Shown: positions 1-12,470 of the stretch, in pieces
Numbering within the stretch: position 1 is the stretch's first letter
How the letters are laid out: the number at the start of each line of letters is the position of its first letter
Assembly: GCF_002105155.1 (NCBI RefSeq)
Contig: NW_019029017.1
Span: 124,001-188,000 of the forward strand
DNA length: 64,000 bases
Origin: Lobosporangium transversale
Taxonomy: Eukaryota
Direction of reading: 5' to 3'
Made by a program: the position numbers and the translations under genes
Notes under the pieces: generated by a model
What the model was told of the DNA's origin: nothing
Seen by the model: the letters and a program-made list of their open reading frames with translations, nothing else
Database searches by the model: none

Positions 1-579
1 TTTAATTTTCTCACCAAGTTGGAACTCATCGCTTAAGCAGATCTCTGGTACCAAAGTGGTATGTACCATGATTGGATTTTTGTCCTTCCATGAGTTCTGA
101 CTAGTGCTGCCCGAAGAAGAATTAGGCACATCCTTGTGGAGGTTGAGTGTAAGGATTGGTGATTGGGGTCGAGGCATAGACAAGGGCAGGCCACTCTTGG
201 CACTGGGATTTAATGCTTGGGTGCTACGGTTTAGGATTGATGTCAATAATGATTGATTTTCCTTGGAAAGGGGCGCAGTAGGACTGGTAGTCGCTACTTG
301 GTCGGGTGCAGGCGCAGCGGTGGCGGTAACTGTACTAATAGCAGCTGTATTATTAACAATATTCCTTTCTGCCAATTGGCGCTTGACCTCCTCGAGTTCA
401 CCCTTAAGACGTATATTTTCTTCTTGAACAAGAGTAACCGCTTCACGCAGGTACCTTGCCTCCGTTTTATGTTGGAGCACTTGTCCCTCGAGAGTGAAGA
501 TGTATTCTATTTGTATCATGGGAAAAATCATAAAAGTCAGCATGCATGAATGTTGTACAGTGTACTCCCTATTATAGCC

Positions 580-610
<31 letters not shown>

Positions 611-2054
611 AGGGGGAAGAGGATTGGCCATTTGGGATGCACGCACGCAAAGACCATCATATGATACAGGGCATGTTCGCACCTTCCCAAAGCTAGATCT
701 GCTAAGAGTAAGACATAATGGAAGCTCTGACCCAGCGACAAAACCACCTTATATTGTCGAGAACTAAGGACTTACCCTTTCTTCTAACTCTGAAATTACG
801 TGCAGAGATCTTATTGCGAAGCTGACGACGTTCTTTGGAAGTCATTTTCTTCAGATCTGTTGAAGAAGGAATATCATCGGTTTTTATTCCAGGCTGTGTC
901 TTGAGACCATGAGTTTGCTCAGCAGAAGCTGTTGTTGTTGTTGTCATTGCTGCTTCATTAGCCTCACCACCTTCGACATTATCATCCGAGTCATCTTCTG
1001 AGGCAGGAGTCTCATCCTTGACTTTGGGAGACTCTTCAGCGGTCGCTATCAGATGCTTTGTGGACTCTAGCAAGCGGGCTAATGTCTCCTCAATCTCCTC
1101 TCTTGTGAGTTTTCCGGTGAATAACTGAGGGATGAGTGGCGTTTCTTCCTGCTGTTGTAGCAAGAACTGGAGTGTTGCTGGGGACAGGGTAGTGTTGACT
1201 GGAGATACGGGGGAATCGGGTGTAGACTCAGACGTAATGCTTGAAGCATTGGATGATGATGACGATTCAGTTGTATTTAATGTGTTAGGTGAAACAGCAG
1301 CTGTAGTAACACCGGCTATTGTTGAGTTTGAAGGAGAAATAGACGATTTTCGAGAGTTCGCGCTATTTGATTTTGACTTTGAGGTAGATTCAGTCTTGGC
1401 ATGTTTACGCAGTCCAGATGGGGGTTCAGGACTGGAACGTTTCGTTCCTATAGATGATGTAGCTTTCATCGGCGTGTTTACGGATGCAACATCTGTAAAA
1501 TAAAAGGTTAAAATATCGTTATTGGAGATTTGTTATTAGTACGATGACAACAGAAAAGAGATAGCTTTGACTACAGATATGATCGGCTATGCCCATAACC
1601 AGTGAATAGCGTGCATACTTTGAGTCAAGCCTGTTGCAGCCGACGATGACGGAACAGACAGGGAAATTATGTCGAGGGAGACGGTTGTAGCCTGGGGCTC
1701 GATCGTCAGCTGATCAGGCCGGACCATTGTCAATGCCTGATCACCAAAGGCAAGTGAAGGTTTTTGAGCCTCAGTGGGAATTTTGAGCGACTGTTGATCA
1801 AATGGAGAAGGGTCAAGAAGAATTTGTGTGTCTGTAGTGTCTTCTTGTTTGATAGCCAAGTCCATTGTCATGATAGAAGGCTCGGATTCATCGTCAGGAG
1901 ATGCAATGAGGGCTGCTGCGGCGGCCTCAAGGTCGGTGGCGCTAACATCGAGACCGGCAGCTGTGTCCAGATAGTAGGAGAACAAATCACCAGTCGTCTC
2001 AGAGTGGTCGAGCAGGTCAAGCTCAATAAAGTCGTCAAACATTGGATTCGACAT
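1..2054 (-). CDS. bZIP transcription factor (3' end runs off the window)
   Basis: Exons ~2054-1619, 1492-776 and 506-<1 with GT-AG introns. The spliced basic region KERRQLRNKISARNFRVRRK|EYIFTLEGQV continues into a leucine zipper (EENIRLKGELEEVKRQL). Acidic N-terminus. Confidence 0.9.
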
Positions 2055-2157
2055 GCCCTGTCTTTATTTTTTCTCGACTATGGCAAAGGTAAATAAGAAA
2101 TGGCGAGGAAAAAAGAAAAAGAAATGGAATGCAAAAACGAAGCACAGAGAGGGAGCC

Positions 2158-2199
<42 letters not shown>

Positions 2200-3644
2200 G
2201 TAAATCAGAACACTGACAAATGAACAATGGAAAAAAATAGAAACAAACCAAAAAAAGAAAAAAAAAAAAAAAAAAAGTTGACAATGTCGCGCAGCACTTC
2301 AGATGGGTTATTAAGCACACACACACCAATGAAATTACTCAAAACCTTGAAGCAGAAGGTAGCAGGGAGAGTGTTTATGACAATGACAAAGGAAAGTAGA
2401 TGAAAAATGTGTTGAATATAAGAAATGAAAAGAAATGAGAATAAAGAAAAAAGAAGAAAGAGAGAAGAAGAATGAGAAGAAGAGAACGGGGAAAAAAAAA
2501 AAAAGAAAGCAGGAGCAAGGGAGTTCATAAAAAGAAATAAAAAGGAAACGAAACAAAAGGGATTTTTGACAAAGGCCAAAGTGTGGTGTGGTTCTGTGTG
2601 ATTAGAGTATTACATCCCATCCAACAAAGCCTTCCCTTTCTGTATCACGCAACTTTCAAGGGGTGCGAAGGAATTCATCGACCCTAGGCCTTCTTCTCTA
2701 CTTGCCCCTGTCCTTTCTTATTACAATGGGAACATTTTTTTACTGAAAGGACCTTGTCTTCATCGACCTTACAGCTGTCCCATGCAGATTCATTGCAGCT
2801 GGAAAGAAACAGCGCAGACCAGTTACGCATTTATTATTATGCCAACTCTACCCTGCTTGTCACATCCTGCCGTCATCTACCTTAACTCAAAAACTTTTGG
2901 TAGGTTTTTATCAAGATTTAGTCGAACCATTCTGCCGAATGGTCTCATTTCCTATCTGTCTTCCCTCCCTTCTGTCCTTTCTTTCACCCCTACTCGCTTC
3001 GCGATTTGTCCTTTTTCTATTTTCTGTGCTTCTCAACGTGGTTCAGCTGAAGTTTGATCGACGTGTTGTCATCAAGTATAATACATTATATATGTACAGA
3101 CAATAATTAGTCTTTTAGTTTCTAAGTATGCTGGGAAGCAAGCTGGATTAATCATGCAAAGAGACGTTGCATCTAAGACTCTATTTTCGGGTTCACTGAT
3201 CAATAAAATAACGTATTCGGTGAGCCCTTCCTCCGTCAATACTTTTCTCCAAGACTCTTGGCAGTTTTCAGATCACAGGGGTCATATTATTCATATTATT
3301 TCGGTTCCCAAATGTTGAAGGGCGTGTTTCAAGTATATCGCAAAAAAAAAAATGGGTTTTCTTCGCGTTTCGACAATATGACATCTTTTTGACATCCAGT
3401 ACGATCGATTAGTCTTCGATCGTCACCTGACATTACCCCAAAACCTTACAAGGGGGCTGTGACTCCCATGCACGTATACACGTATGCGACGCGCACACTA
3501 AGAAGCTCTTTATTGGTTTCTATTGTGGAGTATTGACAATTTTTGCAGGATTCGTAATCAAGTTGCTTTTGGTTTCATACGCTGTGTCCGACGTACCAAT
3601 TTTGTAGTAAGTTACAGTTCTATGGACGAATATTAAATAGATTT

Positions 3645-4049
3645 TTATAAAACCTCACCAACAACTTCCTGCAAAGCAGCAGCAGTTTTGCCTTTGCCTT
3701 TGCTCTGTGCCGAAGTCGCCTCAGAAAGCCACTGATGCTTGTCAACAGGTTGGGGTCCGTCTGTGAAGCCATGTTGTGAATGATCATGGTTCTCGGTGCA
3801 GGAGGCGCCAGCAGGATTCTTGAAAACGGTCACGCCCCTAGTCAACAGGTCCTTGAGCTTCTCCTCGTCTGCTCCCCAGTGCTCTTCAACCTCAGCTGCC
3901 TTGACCCATAGCTGATAGTTAGCGGGATTGGACTGGCGTGCATCCGCAAACAAACGGCGGCGCTTGGCTGCATCAGACTCATTGATAGCTTCTTGGTAAA
4001 ATTGCTCGGCAGAGAGGGGACCGTTGTTGGGAACACCAGCGAAAGACAT
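3645..4049 (-). CDS. Small hypothetical protein (~134 aa) with HAT/TPR-like helical repeat
   Basis: Single-exon ORF from MSFAGVP with gene-like codon usage. RRLFADARQSNPANYQLWVKAAEVE resembles a half-a-TPR repeat. Confidence 0.65.
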   Translation of the reverse strand: MSFAGVPNNGPLSAEQFYQEAINESDAAKRRRLFADARQSNPANYQLWVKAAEVEEHWGADEEKLKDLLTRGVTVFKNPAGASCTENHDHSQHGFTDGPQPVDKHQWLSEATSAQSKGKGKTAAALQEVVGEVL

Positions 4050-6559
4050 TATGGATTGAGTTGACTGACGGGCTTGTGAAAGAAAAAAGAAAAAAAAGGG
4101 AATGCGCTGAAATTTGGAAGAATGGGTTGATGAGAGAAAAAGAGAATGGGAAGTCGCCACTTTTTATGCGGAAGTAAGAGTGAAGAACAACGCGATAGTT
4201 TTTAGTTCTAACTTGATCACGTTTCAAGTGATACCATGTGGATGCTTTCCAAATATAATCCTCATTTTGGCGTCGAATCACACACGCGCTCCCTGACAGA
4301 ACTGGAGAAACGAAGTGCTCTTACCAGTTTTTAATACGTCACTTTCTTCATCTATAATAGTAACAGATTTAGCCGATCCCATGCTGAAAAGTTCGTAATC
4401 ATCGCAGATGCGATACTCTTGCTGAAAGGAAGTGGGCACAATACTGCATTATGCAATGGTGTCTAACGCCTAGAATCTTGTGTCTAAAGGAACATCAGAT
4501 ATTGCCCTTGCTTTCTTGGGGTGAACAAGGGCCATCCAGATATAGATGACTCTGTGTAAGATGAGAAGATGAGCTTTTTTTAAAAAAGGGTCATATGATT
4601 TCCTTCAGGCACCACCTTCCTTTTGCAAAGGTCACGCAATGAATCTTGCAGCATGGTGGAGTAGGCTTTTTAATAGCCGCAAGCTTAGGTAAACAAGTGA
4701 CAAGTGACACTGGTGATTGACATCCCTCGTTAGTGTCCTTGTTGACAACTATTCATAGATGTGATAATTGGATGAAAGCCACGCTGTTAGGTTCAAGTAT
4801 ACACCATACTGAGTGCTCTGTATGGAACTTATTGTTGATCAAGCTTGCATTAATATGAATTGACTGCTAAAATTTCTGTCAAATCCATATTTGGATCCTA
4901 AATCAAAGGCATATATAGAATCCCACATTCGAGATTCCCTCTTTACTTGGAATATCGATATCCAAAAGCAGTCTCAGCCCGCTTGAGAGTATAAATTAAG
5001 CGCCCAAGTCAGCAATTTTTTTGTTCTTTACCCGCTCTAGCTTTTTGGCTAAGATCAAGTGTAGTATCTGTTCTTATTATTCTAATCGAATAATATGGCG
5101 ATTACGATCGCCAATCGATTATTTTTATTTTTGATACTCGCTAGCCCAGCTCTGGCTCGCTATCTGGGCCGGCACTGGTGTCCTCGGTATTGCACTACCT
5201 CCGAGTTGTACGCCGAACCTCTTATATCTCTATATTACTCTCTCTCTTCATCAATAACAAAAAAGAAAAGGAAAGGTGAAAAGTCATGTGCATGATTGCT
5301 GTCGTTCCAGATAGAGGTGCAATGTAATACCATGATGGATTTATTGCATTGATGTCTTTCCTGGTACTTATCCGTATTATGTGCTTGAGGTTGTGGTTGG
5401 GCAAGCTTGAGAAATCTTGAACGGACACTGGTGGAACGAATTGTAATGCGATAGATAGTTCTAACCTTAAGTTAATAAATATAGATGAAAGGTGCAGTCT
5501 TGCTTGGTACTGCTTACACTAACTTTTTTTATATTACTTAGACTTGGAACATGGTAGGAGGTTTCTTTTTTAGGAGGACATGGTGTGTTGTTGTACTATG
5601 CTTCGCTCCGTTGACAGAATGCTTCAGAGAGTTACGGAGCTTCGAAAACACGTATGCCAATGGTTCCAAATATCCAAATGAAGGGAGACCGGATCATGTT
5701 TTCTAACAAGGAGTAGAATATCTATTTGAAGTGTCTACTCTCAGAGAGACAAACTGCGTAGGCAGCAAATAAAAACATGACCAAATTTGTATATTCTCTG
5801 ACTCAAGTGTTGTTTTCTTACTCCCAAGTATATACATCGTACAATAACCCATTGAAATGGTCAGGGTTATGTGTCACATCCATCCTCCGACAGAGACTGT
5901 AGCACCTCGGTTGAAGGCATAAAGAATCAGGAAATAAGCATTGATGGTTACCAACGAAAGTGTTGAGCGTTAAAAAAAAAAAAAAAAAAAAAAAAAAGCC
6001 ATGGTCATGGATCAACGGATCATGTATAAAAAAGCAATCAAGATAAATGCCAAGGGCTAGACTGTTGGAAACAATATTTAAAGCGAAGGTTTATGAACAT
6101 CGGTCGATGTGGTCGAAATAGGAAACGGGGCAGAACTTTCTCCTAGTACTCAGGATCAAAACGTATTTTGTATAGTCCATTGAGCAGCGAGAGCTTCTGG
6201 ATGATGACGAAGACAAATGTTAGAAAGAGGAGCAGAGACAGATGTCGCTTATGACCCAGAGCTTCTTCTTTTTCCAATGCCCAGTGCCCAACTGTATCAG
6301 CACTATTCAGTTTTTTGTAGCCATGACCGGCGATAACCGTCATATAGCAGATTGTCGATCACGCCAAATGTAATTTTTTTTGCGATACAAATTTATTGAA
6401 GGCGCCATGTGCTGTCTCGTTTTATTATCTCCAATCTTGCTTTCATTCTATTAGATCATGGTATCCCTATCTATCCAACTGCAAGAGCTCTGCTTGGTCT
6501 TGCCATCAAAAGGCGTACCACAATCATTCCTCATCTCTCAAGCTTCGTCCGCTCGATCC

Positions 6560-8330
6560 AGCATGATCGCTTCTTCTCTCGCATCAGCAGGTACTGCAAC
6601 ATCTTCCTCGCTTTCCACATGTTTACCCCATCCTCCTCTATCAACCAAGACGCGACCCATCCAGTATACCAACAGCAACAGCAGCCATTGCCCTCATTAT
6701 ATCCTTCAGGAACAACGGCTGTTGAAGGAGTGGTAGCCCTTACACTTTCCAAGCCGATCAGGGTCGGATCATTGTCTATCACTCTTGGCGGATCATCGCA
6801 CCTCGCCCTTACCTCAGATAGTCACCAAAACCCTCGAAACCTCCCAATAGCGAAATTACCTAAGTACATCTCCCATTACTCACGTCAGCATTTCGAGTTC
6901 AACAGTTCCTGATTGAGCCGCCACCCTTGTGACAGCAACGTGTCATTTGTCAATGCATAGTTCTCGCGACGCATTACCCAGTAACTTGGAGCCCAATCAA
7001 ATAGCATATTCGTTTGAAACCCAGGTGCCGAGCCGTGTTCTTGTATCAATAATGACTCCTCAGGGAGGGACGATTTGCCAGTTGACAGCAGAACTCGTGT
7101 TGGCGAAACTCAAGGTTGTGCCGGCTGGGATCATGGCAACTATATTGTCAGCAGCCTCAGCCTCAGTACTGTCTACGTCTCTAGTAAATAACACAATGAT
7201 ACTAAATATCTATCGATCAGGGATTTTGGACCATCCAGCAATGCTTTCTCGAATGCTCGCTACAGGCTATATCAAGATCTCAGTGACCGAATGGTAAGGA
7301 CTAGCCCCACGAGCACTGAAAATGGGGCACATAGAGGCGAAAGAGCTATGATCCCAGACTCTATCTCGCACTTTAGAAGTTAATATCTCGGTACCATTTG
7401 TCCGTCTAGCATTGAGGTCTAGACCCGACATAAAGGATGACATCAAGCTTTTGCATGGAGGTCTGGCCATAAAATCATTCTAAGTAGCATTATAAGAGAG
7501 AACTATCTTCAGAGTTGAAAAGACAACTATAATACAGGAAAGCGATGTGGCCGAGAAACTGACGCAATTGGTAGTCGTTGGGATTCGAGAATGTATTATA
7601 AGTACGCAGCGTATGGATAGTGGCTGGCTGTCAAACCCTTCCATGACAGCACTAATAAGCTCTGGCTTTTCAACTATTGAGAGAATTGCTCAATTCAACA
7701 CACCAAACCTTATCCGGGACCCAAATGAGCTTCATTCTTCCCACAGTTGCAACGTATCTACGTATGATCGGATCCCAAAGATGGAGTGCCAGCAACTAAA
7801 GAAAGACTTTGAAAACTATCCCATGGATTTCTCTGATGTCAAGTTAGGATCCGACATCGAGATACACTTCCTTAGGTGTAGTTTGTTCATAACAGAGCCG
7901 CCACTTAGGTTGGGTAAGAAACTGGCGGTTGAGCGTCAGATTAGCGATTTACCAGTTGTGGTTCGAGAGATTCCTGATAGAGTAGAGTATGACAGAAGTG
8001 GCTTGCCTATATACATGGTTCATTTGCGACATCACCGCTTCATTGAAAGAAGAGTAGACTTACGAAGCCACTGCACGCATAAGCATAAGTGGCAGTAACA
8101 GAGGTAGCGATTATGGGTCACCCAAAGGGTTAGTGAACGAGATGGGCATATCCTACCCACTCTCACAAGCGATCTCATATCAACTTCAACATCTATGGCA
8201 GACTTCATATTACCAAATGAAGACTGCGATGATAATGAAATGTTCACTGCGATTATGAGATCAAGGATACTACCGTCCTATGAAGACAGTATAAGTCAAC
8301 CATCGATCGACTCGGTATTGAATGGCCTGA
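6560..8330 (+). pseudogene. Degraded alpha-arrestin-like gene
   Basis: Fragments in several frames: VEGVVALTLSKPIRVGSLSITLGG and YSFETQVPSRVLVSIMTPQGGTICQLTAEL (arrestin-N-like), plus a C-terminal PY-like LPSYEDS. Broken by stops and frameshifts without convincing splice sites. Boundaries approximate. Confidence 0.6.
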
Positions 8331-8485
8331 TGTGGCTCTTCCCCTACCAAACGACACTTCTAAGCATGAGGTTGGTAGGTCTTTGATCGTGCCGTACCAG
8401 TCTTATACGATATTAATAGGTTATAAATGTATGACTTTAATGTAATATTAGTAAATAGTTTGCTTAGTTCAATAGATTTAATGGT

Positions 8486-9448
8486 TTAATCCTTGCGCTT
8501 TGATTTCCTACGCGAAGGCCTCTTGTTGGTGCTTGATAAAACTTCTTCTAATATTGACAAGCGAATTGCACTATCCGGAATACCATGCGGATTTGCTTTG
8601 GCTGCTGAGATGACGTTGCTTGTCGCAAATTCCTTATCCAGTTCATTTCTCTTCTGGCCGTTACCATCGTTCACACTATCATTATTATTCTTAACGATAT
8701 CATTACCATAATAGTCATCATTGCTATCGTCGTTATCGTCGCCATCATTGCCATCATTGCCTTCATCGTCTGGACGTCCATGGTACTTTTTCGCTGACTT
8801 GCGAGCCATCCGCAATTTCTTCCGACGAATTTTTTGCGCTTTTTGCCCTCGCTTTGACATATCGCCGTTATAATACTCATCCAATCGTTCGAAAAGGATT
8901 TTCCTTGCCAATTTGCGATTCTGAGGTAGCGATCTCGTTGCTTGACATTGAACCACAATTCCTGTCTCAAAGTGTTTCAGCTCAACATTAGAATTTGTTT
9001 TGTTGATCTTTTGACCGCCGTTGCCGCCGCCCTTGATGAATCGCTCCCGGAAATCCGTTTCAAGCAGAGTAATTTCTTTATATTGAAACGGTTCTTTTGA
9101 TGACAATGACGTGAACGATGATGCGAGCTCGTTTATGGTTGTTGATGTGGCAGAGTTTTCCTCAAATGATTCTGACTGATCCGGAGATTCCAGTTCTGTG
9201 TGGCCTATCGTTAGAGCATTGGCTTGTTTGTAGTCTTTCACGGGTATTGATGCATGATCACGACCAGGACCTGCTCGTAAGAAAGCTTCCGGGACCTGTT
9301 GGCATCGTAAGTTTGAGAATGCAGCGAGTGTTGGTGACTGGATACGGAAGAAGTGATAAGTGCCTAGCCAATATTGGCCAGCGGTAACAGCAGCACGATG
9401 CAAAAGCGTTATATAACAGTGGCCACTGCGAGCAAGCATCGTCGCCAT
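8486..9448 (-). CDS. Mitochondrial class I release-factor-family peptidyl-tRNA hydrolase (C12orf65/MTRFR-like ribosome rescue factor)
   Basis: FIKGGGNGGQKINKTNSNVELKHFETGIVVQCQATRSLPQNRKLARKIL is an RF-1 GGQ domain followed by a basic tail. No codon-recognition domain. Presequence-like N-terminus. Confidence 0.9.
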   Translation of the reverse strand: MATMLARSGHCYITLLHRAAVTAGQYWLGTYHFFRIQSPTLAAFSNLRCQQVPEAFLRAGPGRDHASIPVKDYKQANALTIGHTELESPDQSESFEENSATSTTINELASSFTSLSSKEPFQYKEITLLETDFRERFIKGGGNGGQKINKTNSNVELKHFETGIVVQCQATRSLPQNRKLARKILFERLDEYYNGDMSKRGQKAQKIRRKKLRMARKSAKKYHGRPDDEGNDGNDGDDNDDSNDDYYGNDIVKNNNDSVNDGNGQKRNELDKEFATSNVISAAKANPHGIPDSAIRLSILEEVLSSTNKRPSRRKSKRKD

Positions 9449-9632
9449 ACTCGAATCAGGTTGTCAATAGAGTACTGAATGGAGGATTCTCTTTGGAATT
9501 GAACAAATATTAATCCAAATTGTGACTGCATTATGTCCATACACTGATCCTCAGAGTTCGCAAAGCCAGCTCAACATCTACCATCACAAAAGCCTATTAC
9601 CTTAACCGGAAGACTAATTAAAAAGATTATAA

Positions 9633-12470
9633 ATGGATTTCGATGAGGAGGCGCTTATAGCTGAGGCCATTCGTAGGTCCCTTGCAGATTCGCAACCTGA
9701 AGTGCGTGGAGAGTCGTCTTCAGCTAGTTTATCAGCAATGGCAAGGACAACAGCCCTGCAAAGTAAAGCACCACCGCAAGCACCATCGATAATTGACCTC
9801 ACGGACGAGATTGAGCCTGTTAAAATGGAGCAGAATACCATATCAAGCATGAACTTGTCCAGAGATGCTCAGGATGCTGCGACGACGGCTGAACAGGAGG
9901 ATAGAGACCTCAAGTTAGCTCTAGCACTCTCAATGGCTGATGCAGCGTCACCTTATTCAATAGAGTCAGAACCTGTATCAATGGCAACCGCATTGACATC
10001 ATCATCGCAAGGGATTTCTAGACAGAAGGAGTCAATAACATCAAAGACTACCTTCTCCCTTGGGAGTTTAAATCGTGCTGAAATGGAACACGAACGTCAA
10101 GAACGTATTAAACGGAAGGCTATGAATAGCGCTGGAGTAACGGTGCAACCACAATTGCAAACAGAACACAGAGCAAAAAAGTCACGTTCTCAAACTGTTG
10201 TATCAAATATTTTTTCAACGCCTGAATTACCTGAATTATCAGTATCAACGTCATCCTCATCAGTGTCACCATCGACTAAGAGGAAGGTACCATTTCCATC
10301 TACTTCATCATCGTCTAAAGTGTCAGCAGCAGCATTACCATCAGTGAAGTCATCATCACCATTAGTGCCTAAGGTGCCAGTACCTACATCCGGATCGTCT
10401 ACGCCTTATACCACACCATCTATCCTTCCGTCTAGAGCCGAGATGATAGCGTCTATCGACAATGATTGCAACAAAGGCTCTGTACGTGATGACGATGAGG
10501 TAGCAGCCGTATACCCACCGAAATATAACGTCGCGACATTCAGGAATACTTGGATCAAAGGGGCGCGACCTGGGCAGGCAATTCGGTTTCAAGAACTCGT
10601 GGACAAGAATTTTCTTGTCAAAGCTGTCCTAACAACATTTGAACTAGATGAAGAGTGGCTCGAACATTATCTCCCTCGTACTATCCCTCAATGTCTTGTT
10701 CACCATTGGAGCAGAGAGCATGGTGACAAAGTATACAGAAAATATGCCAAAAAAGTTTTTTTTATATTCATAAATTAAAAATGATTTCCGTGATATTCAT
10801 ACGCATTTCTCTTCCTTGCCATCATCATTTTTATAGCCTGGTTTTCTGACCGACGGAAAGGTAACCTATCTACACCCACCGCTCAATGGCTTCGGATCTT
10901 TCCATCCGAAGCTTATGCTGCTATTCTACCCCACCTTCTGCCGCGTTGTGATATCCTCTGCCAATCTGGTAAGTAACCTCTTAGGTAGCTCTATCCGTTA
11001 TGAAGACCAAAAGTCATATTGTTACCAGCTGGCAATGAACGTTGTTAATTTATTATTACTATCATTATTATTTATTTCGACTGAGCAAGGTTGCACACGA
11101 TTGGATTGTGCTTGTCAACACAGTGTACGTACAGGATTTTCTATTGCTACCTAAAGCTGTAGAGAGGCCAGAGGAAATGGGCGACTTTGGATCAACTCTC
11201 TACAATTTCCTAAAAGTTATGACCGTGCCAGAAAAGGTTCTAGCAGTGGTAAGAGCAGTAGATTTCAGTGGAGCCAAAGTAAGGAAATTTCTGCTTTCGA
11301 TTGTTATTCTCCTTATAATACAGATATTTGGCATGGTTGCTCTCAGCTTGCAATATTATGTTGATTCATACCATAATACTGTATTCTGAAAGGTTCTATT
11401 GGTCCCATCAGTTCAAGGCTCCTTTCCTGTTGGCGATGACTATACATATGGCATCGCGCAGTTGGCCAATGTTATGCGGAAGAAGACTTCCCCGAATCAG
11501 GAGATGGAAATGGAATATCAAGTAGGTCAAACAAACACTTACATTATCAGAGAACACAGCGATTATAGCATAACTTATTTCAATCCAAATCCGATAAAAC
11601 ACTATTTATTTTTCCTCTGCAATCAGACGAGTTCCATTGGAAAGCTGTCACACAAGTTTTTGAGTGAATTCTACGATGCATCCAGGGGTCGCCCTGTGAA
11701 ACCCAGATCGAAGGTGTATGTTGAGGAGAGATTGCCGGATATTAAAGTTGTCTTTCCAACAGAAAAGCATGTGCAGAACAGTAGGTATGGAGAGTTGGGT
11801 GCGGGCACTGTATGTTTCCATCCCCAGGCCTGGGATGATCCCACCTTTCCAAGAAGAGTGATGCACGACTTCGAGTGTGTGGGGCCTTATCATGGATCTT
11901 TGATGCATTCTAAGGTAAGTCAGGGTCTAGGCTTATGACTGACCAGAGCTTTCAAATAGAGCGATTGTCTTGATGCTCCGGATCTTTTTTTTTAACGGCA
12001 TATATAGTTTGTTCTGGCAAAGTCAGTTCAATCAACCAGCACAACTGGTCTGTATATCCCCCCACATCGGGCCGCTTTAGAGAAAAAATGTGCGGGATGG
12101 TTTTATGTCGGGTATGTCATCTTTCTCTCCGTCTATCACTTTATCTATTTTCCATATAGCAAAGCTCATTTTTTTTTTTTTTTTTTCTTCTTTCAGGAGT
12201 GCTAATTTTACAGAATCAGCCTGGGGAACAGTTGTTAGTAAAAGGGCTACCGCAAAATTTAAAAGTGGAGTTTATGTTTCGATGCGTAACTGGGAATTGG
12301 GCGTCGTATGTGTAATGGAAACCGAAGAGGAAATGGAGGCTATGGCGGAATTCGCGAATGCACAAGGCTTGAATCCAGGAGGCGAGCAATCCTTCTTTGG
12401 GCCATTGCCTATTCCATACAAGAGGCCCCTGACGCAGTACACTGCCACTGATCGACCATGGATTCGATGA
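9633..12470 (+). CDS. TDP1: Tyrosyl-DNA phosphodiesterase 1 family protein with N-terminal UIMs
   Basis: Multi-exon. Two HxK catalytic motifs (FHPKLMLL...SSANL and MHSK...GSANFTESAWG), plus RNWELGV and PIPY...PW C-terminal motifs typical of TDP1. Confidence 0.9.

Noticed and set aside
1..2054. HAC1 with Ire1-spliced intron
   Set aside because: The bZIP is not diagnostic and the 3' region where the unconventional intron would lie is outside the window.
2160..2580. Phe-rich or Lys-rich ORFs here and in many other intergenic regions
   Set aside because: Artefacts of poly(A)/poly(T) and CT-rich promoter or UTR tracts.
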